A DNA stretch of 47,465 bases from the NCBI GenBank assembly GCA_026991575.1, contig JALXBF010000131.1, positions 1-47,465 of the forward strand, written 5' to 3'. The DNA is from Planctomycetota bacterium (GTDB taxonomy: Bacteria > Planctomycetota > Planctomycetia > JALXBF01). Of the stretch, positions 1-8,165 are shown one piece after another (the first letter of the stretch is position 1; every line of letters begins with the position of its first letter). A program made the translations under genes and the position numbers. The notes below the pieces were generated by a model. The model ran no database searches, was not told the DNA's origin, and worked only from the letters and a program-made list of their open reading frames with translations.

Positions 1-3000
1 GTCTCCTCGTCGGCATTCCAGTAGCCTTTCCGCGCTGCTTCGAGCAGGATCTCCGTCACCTCCTGAAAAGCAAACGGGTTGGTTCGCTCAAACCAGTCTC
101 GAATTCCCAGCCCCTTTGCGTCCTGAACGTAGATGGCCACGATTCGGTTCCAGATCGCATCGTCGACGCTGTCCTCGCGCATGATCTTCCAGCCAAGCGT
201 GTTTGCCACATGGACCGCGATCTGGTCTGCTCCCGCGTAGCCTTCGCGCATCATGCCCTCGATCCACTTACGATTGAACAGCCGCACGCGGAAATCACGA
301 CGCAGTGCTTCTTCGGCACGCACGAGTTGAGCCTGATCGGGGTCACGCACGTCCGAAAGGAACCATTCCGGCTCGCGTCCGGTTAGATACTTGATCGCCA
401 GGGACAGGCTACCACCTTTGTACCATACGTACTTGTTCGACAGGGGACTCCGCGTCCGGTCCGACCAGCTACGCAGGAGTAAGTCCGTCTGGTGGACGTG
501 GGTCTCGTATGCGTCCCGGGCAGCGACCCCCCATGCGCCCTTCGTGTACGCGTACGTTGCGAACGACAGGTACGTTTCCATCAGCTCGGCGCGTGTGTCC
601 CATTCGCCGGAACGCTCCACCAGGTAGTAGTACCCGGCACTGCCGTACTGTCCAACCGGGGCGCCGAAGATGCGTGCCTGCGCCAGCCGGTTTGCTTCGG
701 CCTCTGTGCGGCCCACTTCCAGAAGCCGTTGCTTTGCCTGTTGCGTATGAAGCCAGACGTAGTTGTCCGGTTCTTGCAGTCCGGCGACCAGCCGTACGGC
801 CTTGTCCAACAGCTGCATCCTGCTGGGCAGCATGTCACGGTAGTAGCCCAATGCTGAGATGAACACGTCGATTCTGGGCCGCCGCAGTTCGTCTCGTGGA
901 ATGACTGTCAGGTCGCTGACCAAGTTTCGCTCGTCCCACACCGGCCGCACGCCGAGCAGGTACAGGATCTGACCTTCCATGACGCCGTAGTCCTGGAACG
1001 TCGCGAATGAATTCAAGCTGAACGCGACACGTCGTGGGTAGCGGCCGTGCCGTTTTCGGAAGTCGGCCAGCATGTTATCGACCAGCCGCACGGCGATTTC
1101 CCAGGACGCGTGCGTGGGTACCTCTTCAGGGTTCATCGTGTACATGTTGCGCCCGGTCGGCAGCACCGCGGGATTGCGATCGGGGCTGTTGGCGGGGCCC
1201 GGGGCGATGAACTTGCCGTCGAGGGCGGCCAGCAGGGCGTCGATTTCCCGGCTTGTCTGCGCGAAGCCTTCATCGAGCCGCCGGGCCAGGGCCAGATCCT
1301 GCTGTAGCTGCTGGAATGCCTGTTCCTCCTGCGGCAGCTGTCCGCCTGCTGCCCGAATGGCCTCTGCCAGCTCTAGGCCTTCGCGAAGAACGGATCGCAC
1401 GATCTCCTCGCCGCGCGCCCGCAGGAACTTCCACCGGTCCCCCTCGATGGCAAAACGCCGGTCGGGGTAGCAGACCGCCAGATGTTCCAGGAACCGGCGT
1501 CGCAGACAGGTGACGATCCACGGCAGACGCACCTCATCCGGTGGCGCCTGCCCCAGGACGTGCAGGCTCACAGGGGTGGTTTCGTTGTGTATCTCGTGCA
1601 GGTACTCTTGCACCCGCACGATCTGGTCCTCGCTGAAGAGGCCGTCCTCGGCCGGCTGGAGGTTCAGCTCGGTGTCCAGACCGGTGTCCCGCACTTGCCG
1701 ACTGATCCGCTGGCGGAACTTTTCCTTCAGTGCCCCCGGCTCGAGCGCCTGCCACTTGTCGATGTCGTTGTGCAGATTCGCCAGTTCGTCGGACAGGCCG
1801 GCGTGCACCGAAGGGGGAACGAGGTGGTCGACGAGCACAGCGTACGCTCGCCGCCGGGCTGGTCCCGATTCTCCCAGGTTGTTGATCACCCACGGGTTGA
1901 TGTTTGGCATCGTGCCGATGACAATGTCCGGCCAGTCGTAGCGGGACAGGCCAGTGCCTTTGCCGGGCAGGATGAACTCGGTGCCGTGCGTGCCAAAATG
2001 TACGATTGCATCGGCACGGAATCCCTCTTGGAGCCAGAAATACGTGGCCAGGTAGTGGTGTGGAGGGGGAGTGAGCCGGTCGTGCGCCAGCGACGTATCG
2101 TAGGCTTCGCCTCGGAGTGGCTGAGGCAACAGGATTACGTTGCCCAGGTCGATGCGCGGGATCACGATGAATCGGTTTGAGCCATCGGACCAGACCATGA
2201 ACCGGCCCGGTGGCGGCCCCCACCGCTCGATGAGTTCCTGCCGGCGGGCCGAGGGCACCTTGTCCCGGAGCCATGCCTCGTACTGGGCTACGGGCACCAG
2301 CACTGCCTTGCCACTGCGGGCCAGACGATCCAGTGACTCCGGAGCCCACGGTCCAATCTGGCGCCCGTGGTCGATCATCCACTCGATGAGTTCCTGACCA
2401 GTGGCCGGTAGCGGCCCGACCCGATAGCCAGCTTGTTTCAGGCGAGCCAGGACGCGGACCATACTCTTGGGGCCGTTCATGAACATGCCGGTCGCGCTGC
2501 CCCGCATCAGCTCGCCTTTGCCCGATTCCCGGTTGTAGTAGATGAACGCGATCCGTTTCTCGTGATTGGGCAGGCGCCGGAGCCGGGCCCAAGCTGCCGC
2601 CCGGTCCACCAGGTGCTCGACGCGCTCCGGAATGGGTACAAACGCTTCCGGACTGCCACCCCCTTCGTGCGTGCCGGCTGCTACCTGAGGTTCGATCGCA
2701 CCAAGCAGCTCCTGACTGATGATGTGGAACGCCAGTTCATGTGCTGCCAGCCCGACCGTACTCGGTTCCCACTCGCCGATCGACTGCTTGCGCAAGAAGA
2801 TCGAGTGGAGGTGTGGTACGCCCAGCTTTTCGCGCCACTGAGGGTTTTCCCGGCTATGGCAGGTGTGAATTACCACGTCGGGCCGAAAAGCTTCCACATT
2901 CCGGCGATACGAGTCGCTGAGGTCGACGGCAGCCACGGCCAGCATGCCACGCTGTTCACAGACTCTGATGAGGGCGTCCACCACCGCCGGTTGCTGGTAC

Positions 3001-3680
3001 AGAAGATGGGTTCCATGCACGGCGATGACCACACGAACGGCTTGGTCCGTCGGTTTGCCGACAGCCTTCGCCCACCGCAAGAACTGCTCCGTGCTGTCAA
3101 ACAGTGCCTCGTGGTCCGGATGGTAAAGCTTGCCGCGGATCTGGTCGGCCGGCTCCGGAGGCAGCACCTTGCGATCCTGCCCCAGATAGCGAGCTGCGAC
3201 GTAGATCAGCAGGCGGCGCAGGTTTTCGCGGGTGTTCCCGTAGTAGGCGGCCAGTTTGGGATCGTGCTGAATCAGGCCGAGTTGTTTCAGGCGTGGGATG
3301 CGCCGTTCGGCCAGGCCTGAGATCGACAGGATCACGAGGTCGGGGTTTCCTTGCTTTGCCTTTCGCAGAACTGTTACGTACTGATCGCTTGCCTCGGCCC
3401 GGACGTGTTGGATGAGCACGGCGTCAAACCGTGCAAGATCGGCTTGTTCAGCCTCCACGGCGTCGTCGGGAACGTACTCTACGCGGAGCCTAAGCGGTTG
3501 TGCGAACTGCCGGAGGTGTTCGAAGATACCACCATGCAGTCCCAGGAACGCAATCGTTGGCTCATCGTTGCCGGCACCGACCGGCGGTGCGTCGGCGGCG
3601 GCTGGCGCTGCCCGGCACAGCGCCAGCGTCCAGAATGCGGCACCGAGGGCTCGTAGCAAGCGGCCCGTGATCCGCGGCAC
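1..3680 (-). CDS. CobN/magnesium-chelatase-H family large chelatase with N-terminal signal peptide (3' end outside window, >1220 aa)
   Basis: Not in the ORF track because it has no stop inside the window. Manual translation from GTG 3680: MPRITGRLLRALGAAFWTLALCRAAPAAADAPP. Family motifs PPPHHYLATYFWL..ADAIVHFGTHGTEFILPGKG, PTGRNMY, RLFNRKWIEGMMREGYAGA and LEAARKGYWNAD. The start and the last codons in the window share one frame. Confidence 0.9.
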   Translation of the reverse strand, partial: MPRITGRLLRALGAAFWTLALCRAAPAAADAPPVGAGNDEPTIAFLGLHGGIFEHLRQFAQPLRLRVEYVPDDAVEAEQADLARFDAVLIQHVRAEASDQYVTVLRKAKQGNPDLVILSISGLAERRIPRLKQLGLIQHDPKLAAYYGNTRENLRRLLIYVAARYLGQDRKVLPPEPADQIRGKLYHPDHEALFDSTEQFLRWAKAVGKPTDQAVRVVIAVHGTHLLYQQPAVVDALIRVCEQRGMLAVAAVDLSDSYRRNVEAFRPDVVIHTCHSRENPQWREKLGVPHLHSIFLRKQSIGEWEPSTVGLAAHELAFHIISQELLGAIEPQVAAGTHEGGGSPEAFVPIPERVEHLVDRAAAWARLRRLPNHEKRIAFIYYNRESGKGELMRGSATGMFMNGPKSMVRVLARLKQAGYRVGPLPATGQELIEWMIDHGRQIGPWAPESLDRLARSGKAVLVPVAQYEAWLRDKVPSARRQELIERWGPPPGRFMVWSDGSNRFIVIPRIDLGNVILLPQPLRGEAYDTSLAHDRLTPPPHHYLATYFWLQEGFRADAIVHFGTHGTEFILPGKGTGLSRYDWPDIVIGTMPNINPWVINNLGESGPARRRAYAVLVDHLVPPSVHAGLSDELANLHNDIDKWQALEPGALKEKFRQRISRQVRDTGLDTELNLQPAEDGLFSEDQIVRVQEYLHEIHNETTPVSLHVLGQAPPDEVRLPWIVTCLRRRFLEHLAVCYPDRRFAIEGDRWKFLRARGEEIVRSVLREGLELAEAIRAAGGQLPQEEQAFQQLQQDLALARRLDEGFAQTSREIDALLAALDGKFIAPGPANSPDRNPAVLPTGRNMYTMNPEEVPTHASWEIAVRLVDNMLADFRKRHGRYPRRVAFSLNSFATFQDYGVMEGQILYLLGVRPVWDERNLVSDLTVIPRDELRRPRIDVFISALGYYRDMLPSRMQLLDKAVRLVAGLQEPDNYVWLHTQQAKQRLLEVGRTEAEANRLAQARIFGAPVGQYGSAGYYYLVERSGEWDTRAELMETYLSFATYAYTKGAWGVAARDAYETHVHQTDLLLRSWSDRTRSPLSNKYVWYKGGSLSLAIKYLTGREPEWFLSDVRDPDQAQLVRAEEALRRDFRVRLFNRKWIEGMMREGYAGADQIAVHVANTLGWKIMREDSVDDAIWNRIVAIYVQDAKGLGIRDWFERTNPFAFQEVTEILLEAARKGYWNADEE

Positions 3681-3681
3681 G

Positions 3682-4683
3682 CTAGAACTCCTGATTGATG
3701 TTCTCGCGACCGTTCCGCGTTCCTAGCGCGCGAAAGACGTCTACCGAGATCGTTTCCGAGATGAACCGCACCGAGCCGTCGGCCATCGCCACATTGACAC
3801 CGTCGCTGTGGTAGCTGCGGGCGGCGAAGTTGACGCAGCCGTTGTGAGGGGCCTTGCAGTCATACCTGGGGTCGTTCGGTACGCGATTCGTGCTGAACAT
3901 GTTGTGTTGGGGATTGCCGCCGAGCCAGACAACACCACGGTCGGAGGCGTTGGGCACCAGGCCCTGGCAGCTGTCGATGTTCTCGGCGTTTGCCCCAACG
4001 CCACCACCGCGACGGGCGAAGATGTAGTTGTCCTTGAGGGTAAACGGGTCGAGGTCCCCCTTAAGCGTTTCGCTGAGGGCGATCGTCATGGTAGTGCCGT
4101 CGGGGATTTCCGCGATCCGAATCCAGGTCTGGTGGCCGAAGAGTCCGTTGCACCGCTTGCCGCGACACCGGCAACTGGTGCCCTGGTTCCCCATGTAGTT
4201 GATCGGTGCCCAGATCGGATGCATCTTCCCCACCGGATCGGCCGGGCAGATGAACTCCGGGATCCAGACGCTTCCCGGTTTGTAGAACGCAGGGTTCTGG
4301 TGGACCGATCGCCGCCAGTCCACGCGGTCGAAGTTAATGGCGTTGTAGACGTTTTCATGTCCGATGAACGGCAGCAAGTAGGTGGCCCAGCCGAACTGGT
4401 GGCGGTACTCCGGGCCCCGGCGTCCGGTCTCCAGGTGTCCGGCGGGGAACATGCCGTGAAGGTCGTGGTAGCGCATCAGGGCGATGCCCAGTTGCTTGAG
4501 GTTGTTGGCGCACTGGGTGCGCCGCGCGGCAGCGCGCACCCGCTGCACGGCAGGCATCAGCAGCGACATCAAGATCGTCATGATGGCAATGACAACCAGC
4601 AGCTCAATCAGCGTGAAGCCGACTCTGCCGGCTTTCGCGCACCGTACAACCATCGGCGCTCTCCGCACGTTTGCTCGTATCAC
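3682..4683 (-). CDS. DUF1559 family protein (prepilin-type N-terminal cleavage/methylation motif, C-terminal H-X9-DG)
   Basis: GFTLIELLVVIAIMTILMSLLMPAVQRVRAAARRTQCANNLKQLGIA; C-terminal HSDGVNVAMADGSVRF. The GTG start overlaps the upstream stop. Confidence 0.93.
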   Translation of the reverse strand: MIRANVRRAPMVVRCAKAGRVGFTLIELLVVIAIMTILMSLLMPAVQRVRAAARRTQCANNLKQLGIALMRYHDLHGMFPAGHLETGRRGPEYRHQFGWATYLLPFIGHENVYNAINFDRVDWRRSVHQNPAFYKPGSVWIPEFICPADPVGKMHPIWAPINYMGNQGTSCRCRGKRCNGLFGHQTWIRIAEIPDGTTMTIALSETLKGDLDPFTLKDNYIFARRGGGVGANAENIDSCQGLVPNASDRGVVWLGGNPQHNMFSTNRVPNDPRYDCKAPHNGCVNFAARSYHSDGVNVAMADGSVRFISETISVDVFRALGTRNGRENINQEF

Positions 4684-4946
4684 TGTTGTTCGAGCCAGGC
4701 CTTCAGCTCATCGGCACACTTCTGGTCGCACACCGGATAGACCACTCCCTGGAACGTCATCAGGTTCTTCTCGGTAACCGCCTCGATCTGGCGATCGCAC
4801 TGGGCGCACGGCACCGTCCTGCCGATGAATGTCGTCGCCTCTAGCTCTGGGTAGCCCCCCTCGGTGCAGCCGACCAGGGGCAAGACCAGCACCGAGACGC
4901 TCAACCACAGCAGCCGGCGGCGCCAGAGGCACTGCTTGGCAAACAT
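4680..4946 (-). CDS. Small lipoprotein with TRASH/YHS-like Cys motif
   Basis: ATG 4946 downstream of GGGAGG. Basic-hydrophobic signal ending LPLVG-C (lipobox). Mature part carries CAQC-x22-CDQKC. Confidence 0.7.
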   Translation of the reverse strand: MFAKQCLWRRRLLWLSVSVLVLPLVGCTEGGYPELEATTFIGRTVPCAQCDRQIEAVTEKNLMTFQGVVYPVCDQKCADELKAWLEQQ

Positions 4947-5185
4947 CACCGGTTCCGTACCTCCCTTTGAACCGAATGCCCACGGTCTGCGACGCCGCAA
5001 GCAACTGCTGTGCCCGGTACGAAAGTCCCGTACCGTGAGCAGGTTCTCGGGAGGATCGCCGAACCGATCCGGTCAAACTTTCGCCGCGCGGCGGATAGCT
5101 GTCCCTCCTGGGGCGCGACAACAGCGGCGGCTGCGCACGGTCTCCACGGGACGGTGGCCGATGACGGCGACCGGTAGCCTAGCCG

Positions 5186-5362
5186 CTACAGCCCCCAGAG
5201 GTGGATGGCAACGAGGACCAGGAAGACAATGCCCAGGAGCAGTGAGAAGCTGCAGAAGGTTCGGAGCGCGGTGACCCGAATATCGCGCCAGTCTTCGTAC
5301 CGGGTCGCCGCATACACCAGGCTGATGACAACCAGCAGCGGTAAGAGCGTCAGCAGCTTCAT
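5186..5362 (-). CDS. Small two-helix membrane protein (58 aa)
   Basis: MKLLTLLPLLVVISLVYAATRYEDW...LLLGIVFLVLVAIHLWGL; ATGA overlap with the upstream gene's stop. Confidence 0.7.
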   Translation of the reverse strand: MKLLTLLPLLVVISLVYAATRYEDWRDIRVTALRTFCSFSLLLGIVFLVLVAIHLWGL

Positions 5363-5922
5363 CCCTTGCGTTCGCTCGCGCGTCGTTTCCGCAGGTAGTA
5401 CCACACGGCAGGTCCGCCGTACGCGTCCCAGATGATGAACACGTTGAGCAACCCGGCCACCATGGTGTAGAGCACAGCGATTTCCCACCGTTCGTTCAGC
5501 CGCGCGTTCAATTCAGACAACTCCGCCTTGGTTGGCGGGTAGGCGAAGCGACCCAGTAGCGGCAACGGACCACGATCGCGGGCTGCCCACTGAAGGGCCG
5601 ATGGGATCGTGACCCAGCCCACTGGCAAGCGGCTGGCGCCGGCAAGTCCCATACAGTACAGCGTGAATCGCAGGCGGGCCACCGTACCCGACGGCACGGC
5701 CAGCGCCGGATCGGGCCGCGACCAGTAGATCGTGCGGCCTTCACCAAGCACCTGTCCCGTCAGCATGAGCACGGTGGTGCAGGTAAAGAACAGAACGGCC
5801 TTACCCCGCCGCCCCTGGTACCACTGGCCGAGTCCGGGCACGAGCCAGCTTAGCAGAGCAGCCAGGACTGGGTTCTTCAGGTCGATGCGTGGCAGTGTCT
5901 GGTCGGGTTGCTTCTCGGGCAT
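5359..5922 (-). CDS. Membrane protein, DUF6677/TM2-like
   Basis: NPVLAALLSWLVPGLGQWYQGRRGKAVLF at the N-terminus; YTMVAGLLNVFIIWDAY at the C-terminus. Confidence 0.7.
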   Translation of the reverse strand: MPEKQPDQTLPRIDLKNPVLAALLSWLVPGLGQWYQGRRGKAVLFFTCTTVLMLTGQVLGEGRTIYWSRPDPALAVPSGTVARLRFTLYCMGLAGASRLPVGWVTIPSALQWAARDRGPLPLLGRFAYPPTKAELSELNARLNERWEIAVLYTMVAGLLNVFIIWDAYGGPAVWYYLRKRRASERKG

Positions 5923-6046
5923 GCCTCTCGCTCGTCACGGCTGCTTCGAGTAAACGGCGGCGGTAACCTGGCCAGAGTGCAAGTGCATCCAGTGGAATCT
6001 TACGGGCCTCGGTGCCTGCAGTCCGCGCCGCGGCTCGGCCAGCCGG

Positions 6047-6808
6047 CTATGCCGCGCTCTTCTGGCGGCATCGTTCCAGGTATTCCTGGGCCCAATCGCG
6101 TCCGAAGTACACGTCCTGGGCACGCCGGTTACTGACCACTTCCTGGGGCGTTCCATGCACGAGCACAGACCCTTCGTAGATCACGTAGGTTCGCGTGGTG
6201 ATGTCCAGCGTTTCCTGGGCGTTGTGGTCGGTGATGAGGATGCTGATTCCCTCGTCACGGAGCTCGAGCACGAGCCGCCGGATGTCCTGGATGGCGCGCG
6301 GATCGACGCCGGTGAACGGTTCATCAAGCAGGATCAGACTTGGGTTGGACACCAGACAGCGGGCAATCTCCAACCGCCGCTTTTCGCCGCCGGATAACTG
6401 CCGCGCCAGGCTCTTGCGTAGGTGGCTCAGGCCGAAGTGCTCGAGCAACGTATCGACCACCTCACGCCGCGATCGAGCGGTGTGGTTGGGCATGAACTCC
6501 AGGATGGCCAGCAGGTTTTGCTCGACGGTAAGGTTCCGGAAGACGCTCGTTTCCTGAGGTAGGTAGCCGAGGCCGAGGCGGGCCCGGCGGTACATGGGCC
6601 AGTTGGTGATATCCGTGCCGGCGAAACGGACGCGGCCGCCATCGGCCTTGAGCGTGCCCATCACGATACGGAACGATGTCGTCTTACCGGCACCGTTCGG
6701 GCCAAGCAGGCCGACGATTTCGCCTTTGTTGACGTGGAAGCTGACCCCGTCCAGAACCTTCCGCGAACCGTAATACTTCACGAGCCCTTCGGCCTCCAGC
6801 AGCGGCAT
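6047..6808 (-). CDS. lptB: LPS export ABC transporter ATP-binding protein
   Basis: GLLGPNGAGKTT, PMYRRARLGLGYLPQETSVFR, LSGGEKRRLEIAR, LLDEPFTGVDP, ITDHN; RBS AAGGAGG. Confidence 0.92.
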   Translation of the reverse strand: MPLLEAEGLVKYYGSRKVLDGVSFHVNKGEIVGLLGPNGAGKTTSFRIVMGTLKADGGRVRFAGTDITNWPMYRRARLGLGYLPQETSVFRNLTVEQNLLAILEFMPNHTARSRREVVDTLLEHFGLSHLRKSLARQLSGGEKRRLEIARCLVSNPSLILLDEPFTGVDPRAIQDIRRLVLELRDEGISILITDHNAQETLDITTRTYVIYEGSVLVHGTPQEVVSNRRAQDVYFGRDWAQEYLERCRQKSAA

Positions 6809-6898
6809 CGACGTTCCTCCTTGCTGGCGCTCCTGTGGCGGTGCTATTGTAGGCCTCGGCCCGCTGCCCTGAAAGGCAGATTCAGCGTTGCTGGCTGC

Positions 6899-8083
6899 TT
6901 ACGGTTCCCGTTGCGCGTGCTCCCAAGCGGACCGGGCAGCCGCGTACACGTCCTGCAACGGCACGCCGTGCCGTCGAGCCGCCTGACGGCACGACTCGTA
7001 CTCGGGACAGAACCGTTCGCGGCCGTCCGGAAGTCGCGCGACCTTGCCGCTGATCGATCCGTACGGTGTCTCGACGACCGCAGCGCGGCGAGGGAGCGTG
7101 CGACGGGCACAGCGCAGGCGACGTAGTCCCAGAGTTCCCGTTTCCAGGAACAGCACCTCCTCGAGGGTTCGGACCTCCGCGTCCCGTGCCAGGACCCTTA
7201 GCAACACGGCCGGTCGGTTCTTCTTGCCCGTCGCCTGCAGCACCTGCACGTCCAAGGCGCCGGCTTCTAGCAAACGTTCCATCGCGTAGCCGAGCAACTC
7301 ACCCGGCACGTCGTCTAGATTGCACTCCAGCACCCAGATATGCTGTGCCTCACCCGGTTCAGCCCACTCCATCGCGCCGAGATATGCCCTCAGAATGTTC
7401 GGGTGGCGGGGGAAGTCCCTGGTTCCGGCGCCGCAACCGACGGCTGTCAGTGTCATCGGCGGCAGCGGACCGAACTCATCGACCAGCTCGGCCAGCAGCG
7501 CCGCGCCAGTCGGTGTGCACAGCTCGGCTTCAACCGGGCCCCCTTCAATCGGCACGCCCTTCAGCAGCTGGGCCGTGCCCGGTGCCGGGATCGACACCCG
7601 GCCGTGGGCGATCTCGCCACTACCGCCGCCGACTGATACCCGGCTGGCCAGCACACGGTCCACACCCAGCCGATGGATGCCGTGCACCACTCCAACGATG
7701 TCCACCAGCGTATCCACGGCGCCGACTTCGTGAAAGTGGACTTCGTCAATCGGGCGGCCGTGGACGGTTGCTTCCGCTTCGGCCAGCCGTCGGAAAACAG
7801 CCAGCGCCCGCTGCGCCACCGCCGCGTCCAGCCGCGCGTTGCGAATAATCTCTTCGATTTCCGGTAGATGGCGATGATGCTGCTGACGGGAGCATACAAC
7901 CCGCACCAGTGTGGCGGCAAAGCCTGCCCGCTGGACCCGCTCGGCCGAAACTGTCGCATCCAGGCCCATTGCGCCGGCTACTTGCTGCAGCTCGGTCACG
8001 GGCACGCCCAGTTCGACCAGGGCCCCCAGCAGCATGTCGCCGCTGACTCCGCTGAAGCAGTCCAGATACAGCACACGCAGCAT
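6899..8083 (-). CDS. larC: Nickel pincer cofactor biosynthesis protein LarC (nickel insertase)
   Basis: YLDCFSGVSGDMLLGAL, VHFHEVGAVDTLVDIVG, ELCTPTGAA, NLDD, KKNRP, ETGTLGLR, PEYESC. Start set at ATG 8083. Confidence 0.93.
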   Translation of the reverse strand: MLRVLYLDCFSGVSGDMLLGALVELGVPVTELQQVAGAMGLDATVSAERVQRAGFAATLVRVVCSRQQHHRHLPEIEEIIRNARLDAAVAQRALAVFRRLAEAEATVHGRPIDEVHFHEVGAVDTLVDIVGVVHGIHRLGVDRVLASRVSVGGGSGEIAHGRVSIPAPGTAQLLKGVPIEGGPVEAELCTPTGAALLAELVDEFGPLPPMTLTAVGCGAGTRDFPRHPNILRAYLGAMEWAEPGEAQHIWVLECNLDDVPGELLGYAMERLLEAGALDVQVLQATGKKNRPAVLLRVLARDAEVRTLEEVLFLETGTLGLRRLRCARRTLPRRAAVVETPYGSISGKVARLPDGRERFCPEYESCRQAARRHGVPLQDVYAAARSAWEHAQREP

Positions 8084-8165
8084 CGCAGTACCCTTGTGGT
8101 CATTGTGGTGATCCGTTAGCAGGCTGTTGCGGCTTAGAAAAGGATACTCAAGCAAGGAGCCCGGC

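Noticed and set aside
391..3726. Many short ORFs listed in the track (e.g. 1482-2180, 1534-2592, 2433-3320)
   Set aside because: All overlap the long CobN-like frame on the minus strand, which carries the recognisable motifs.
4947..5185. Cobalamin riboswitch expected upstream of a CobN-like operon
   Set aside because: Conserved B12-element motifs could not be found by eye; an Rfam scan would be decisive.
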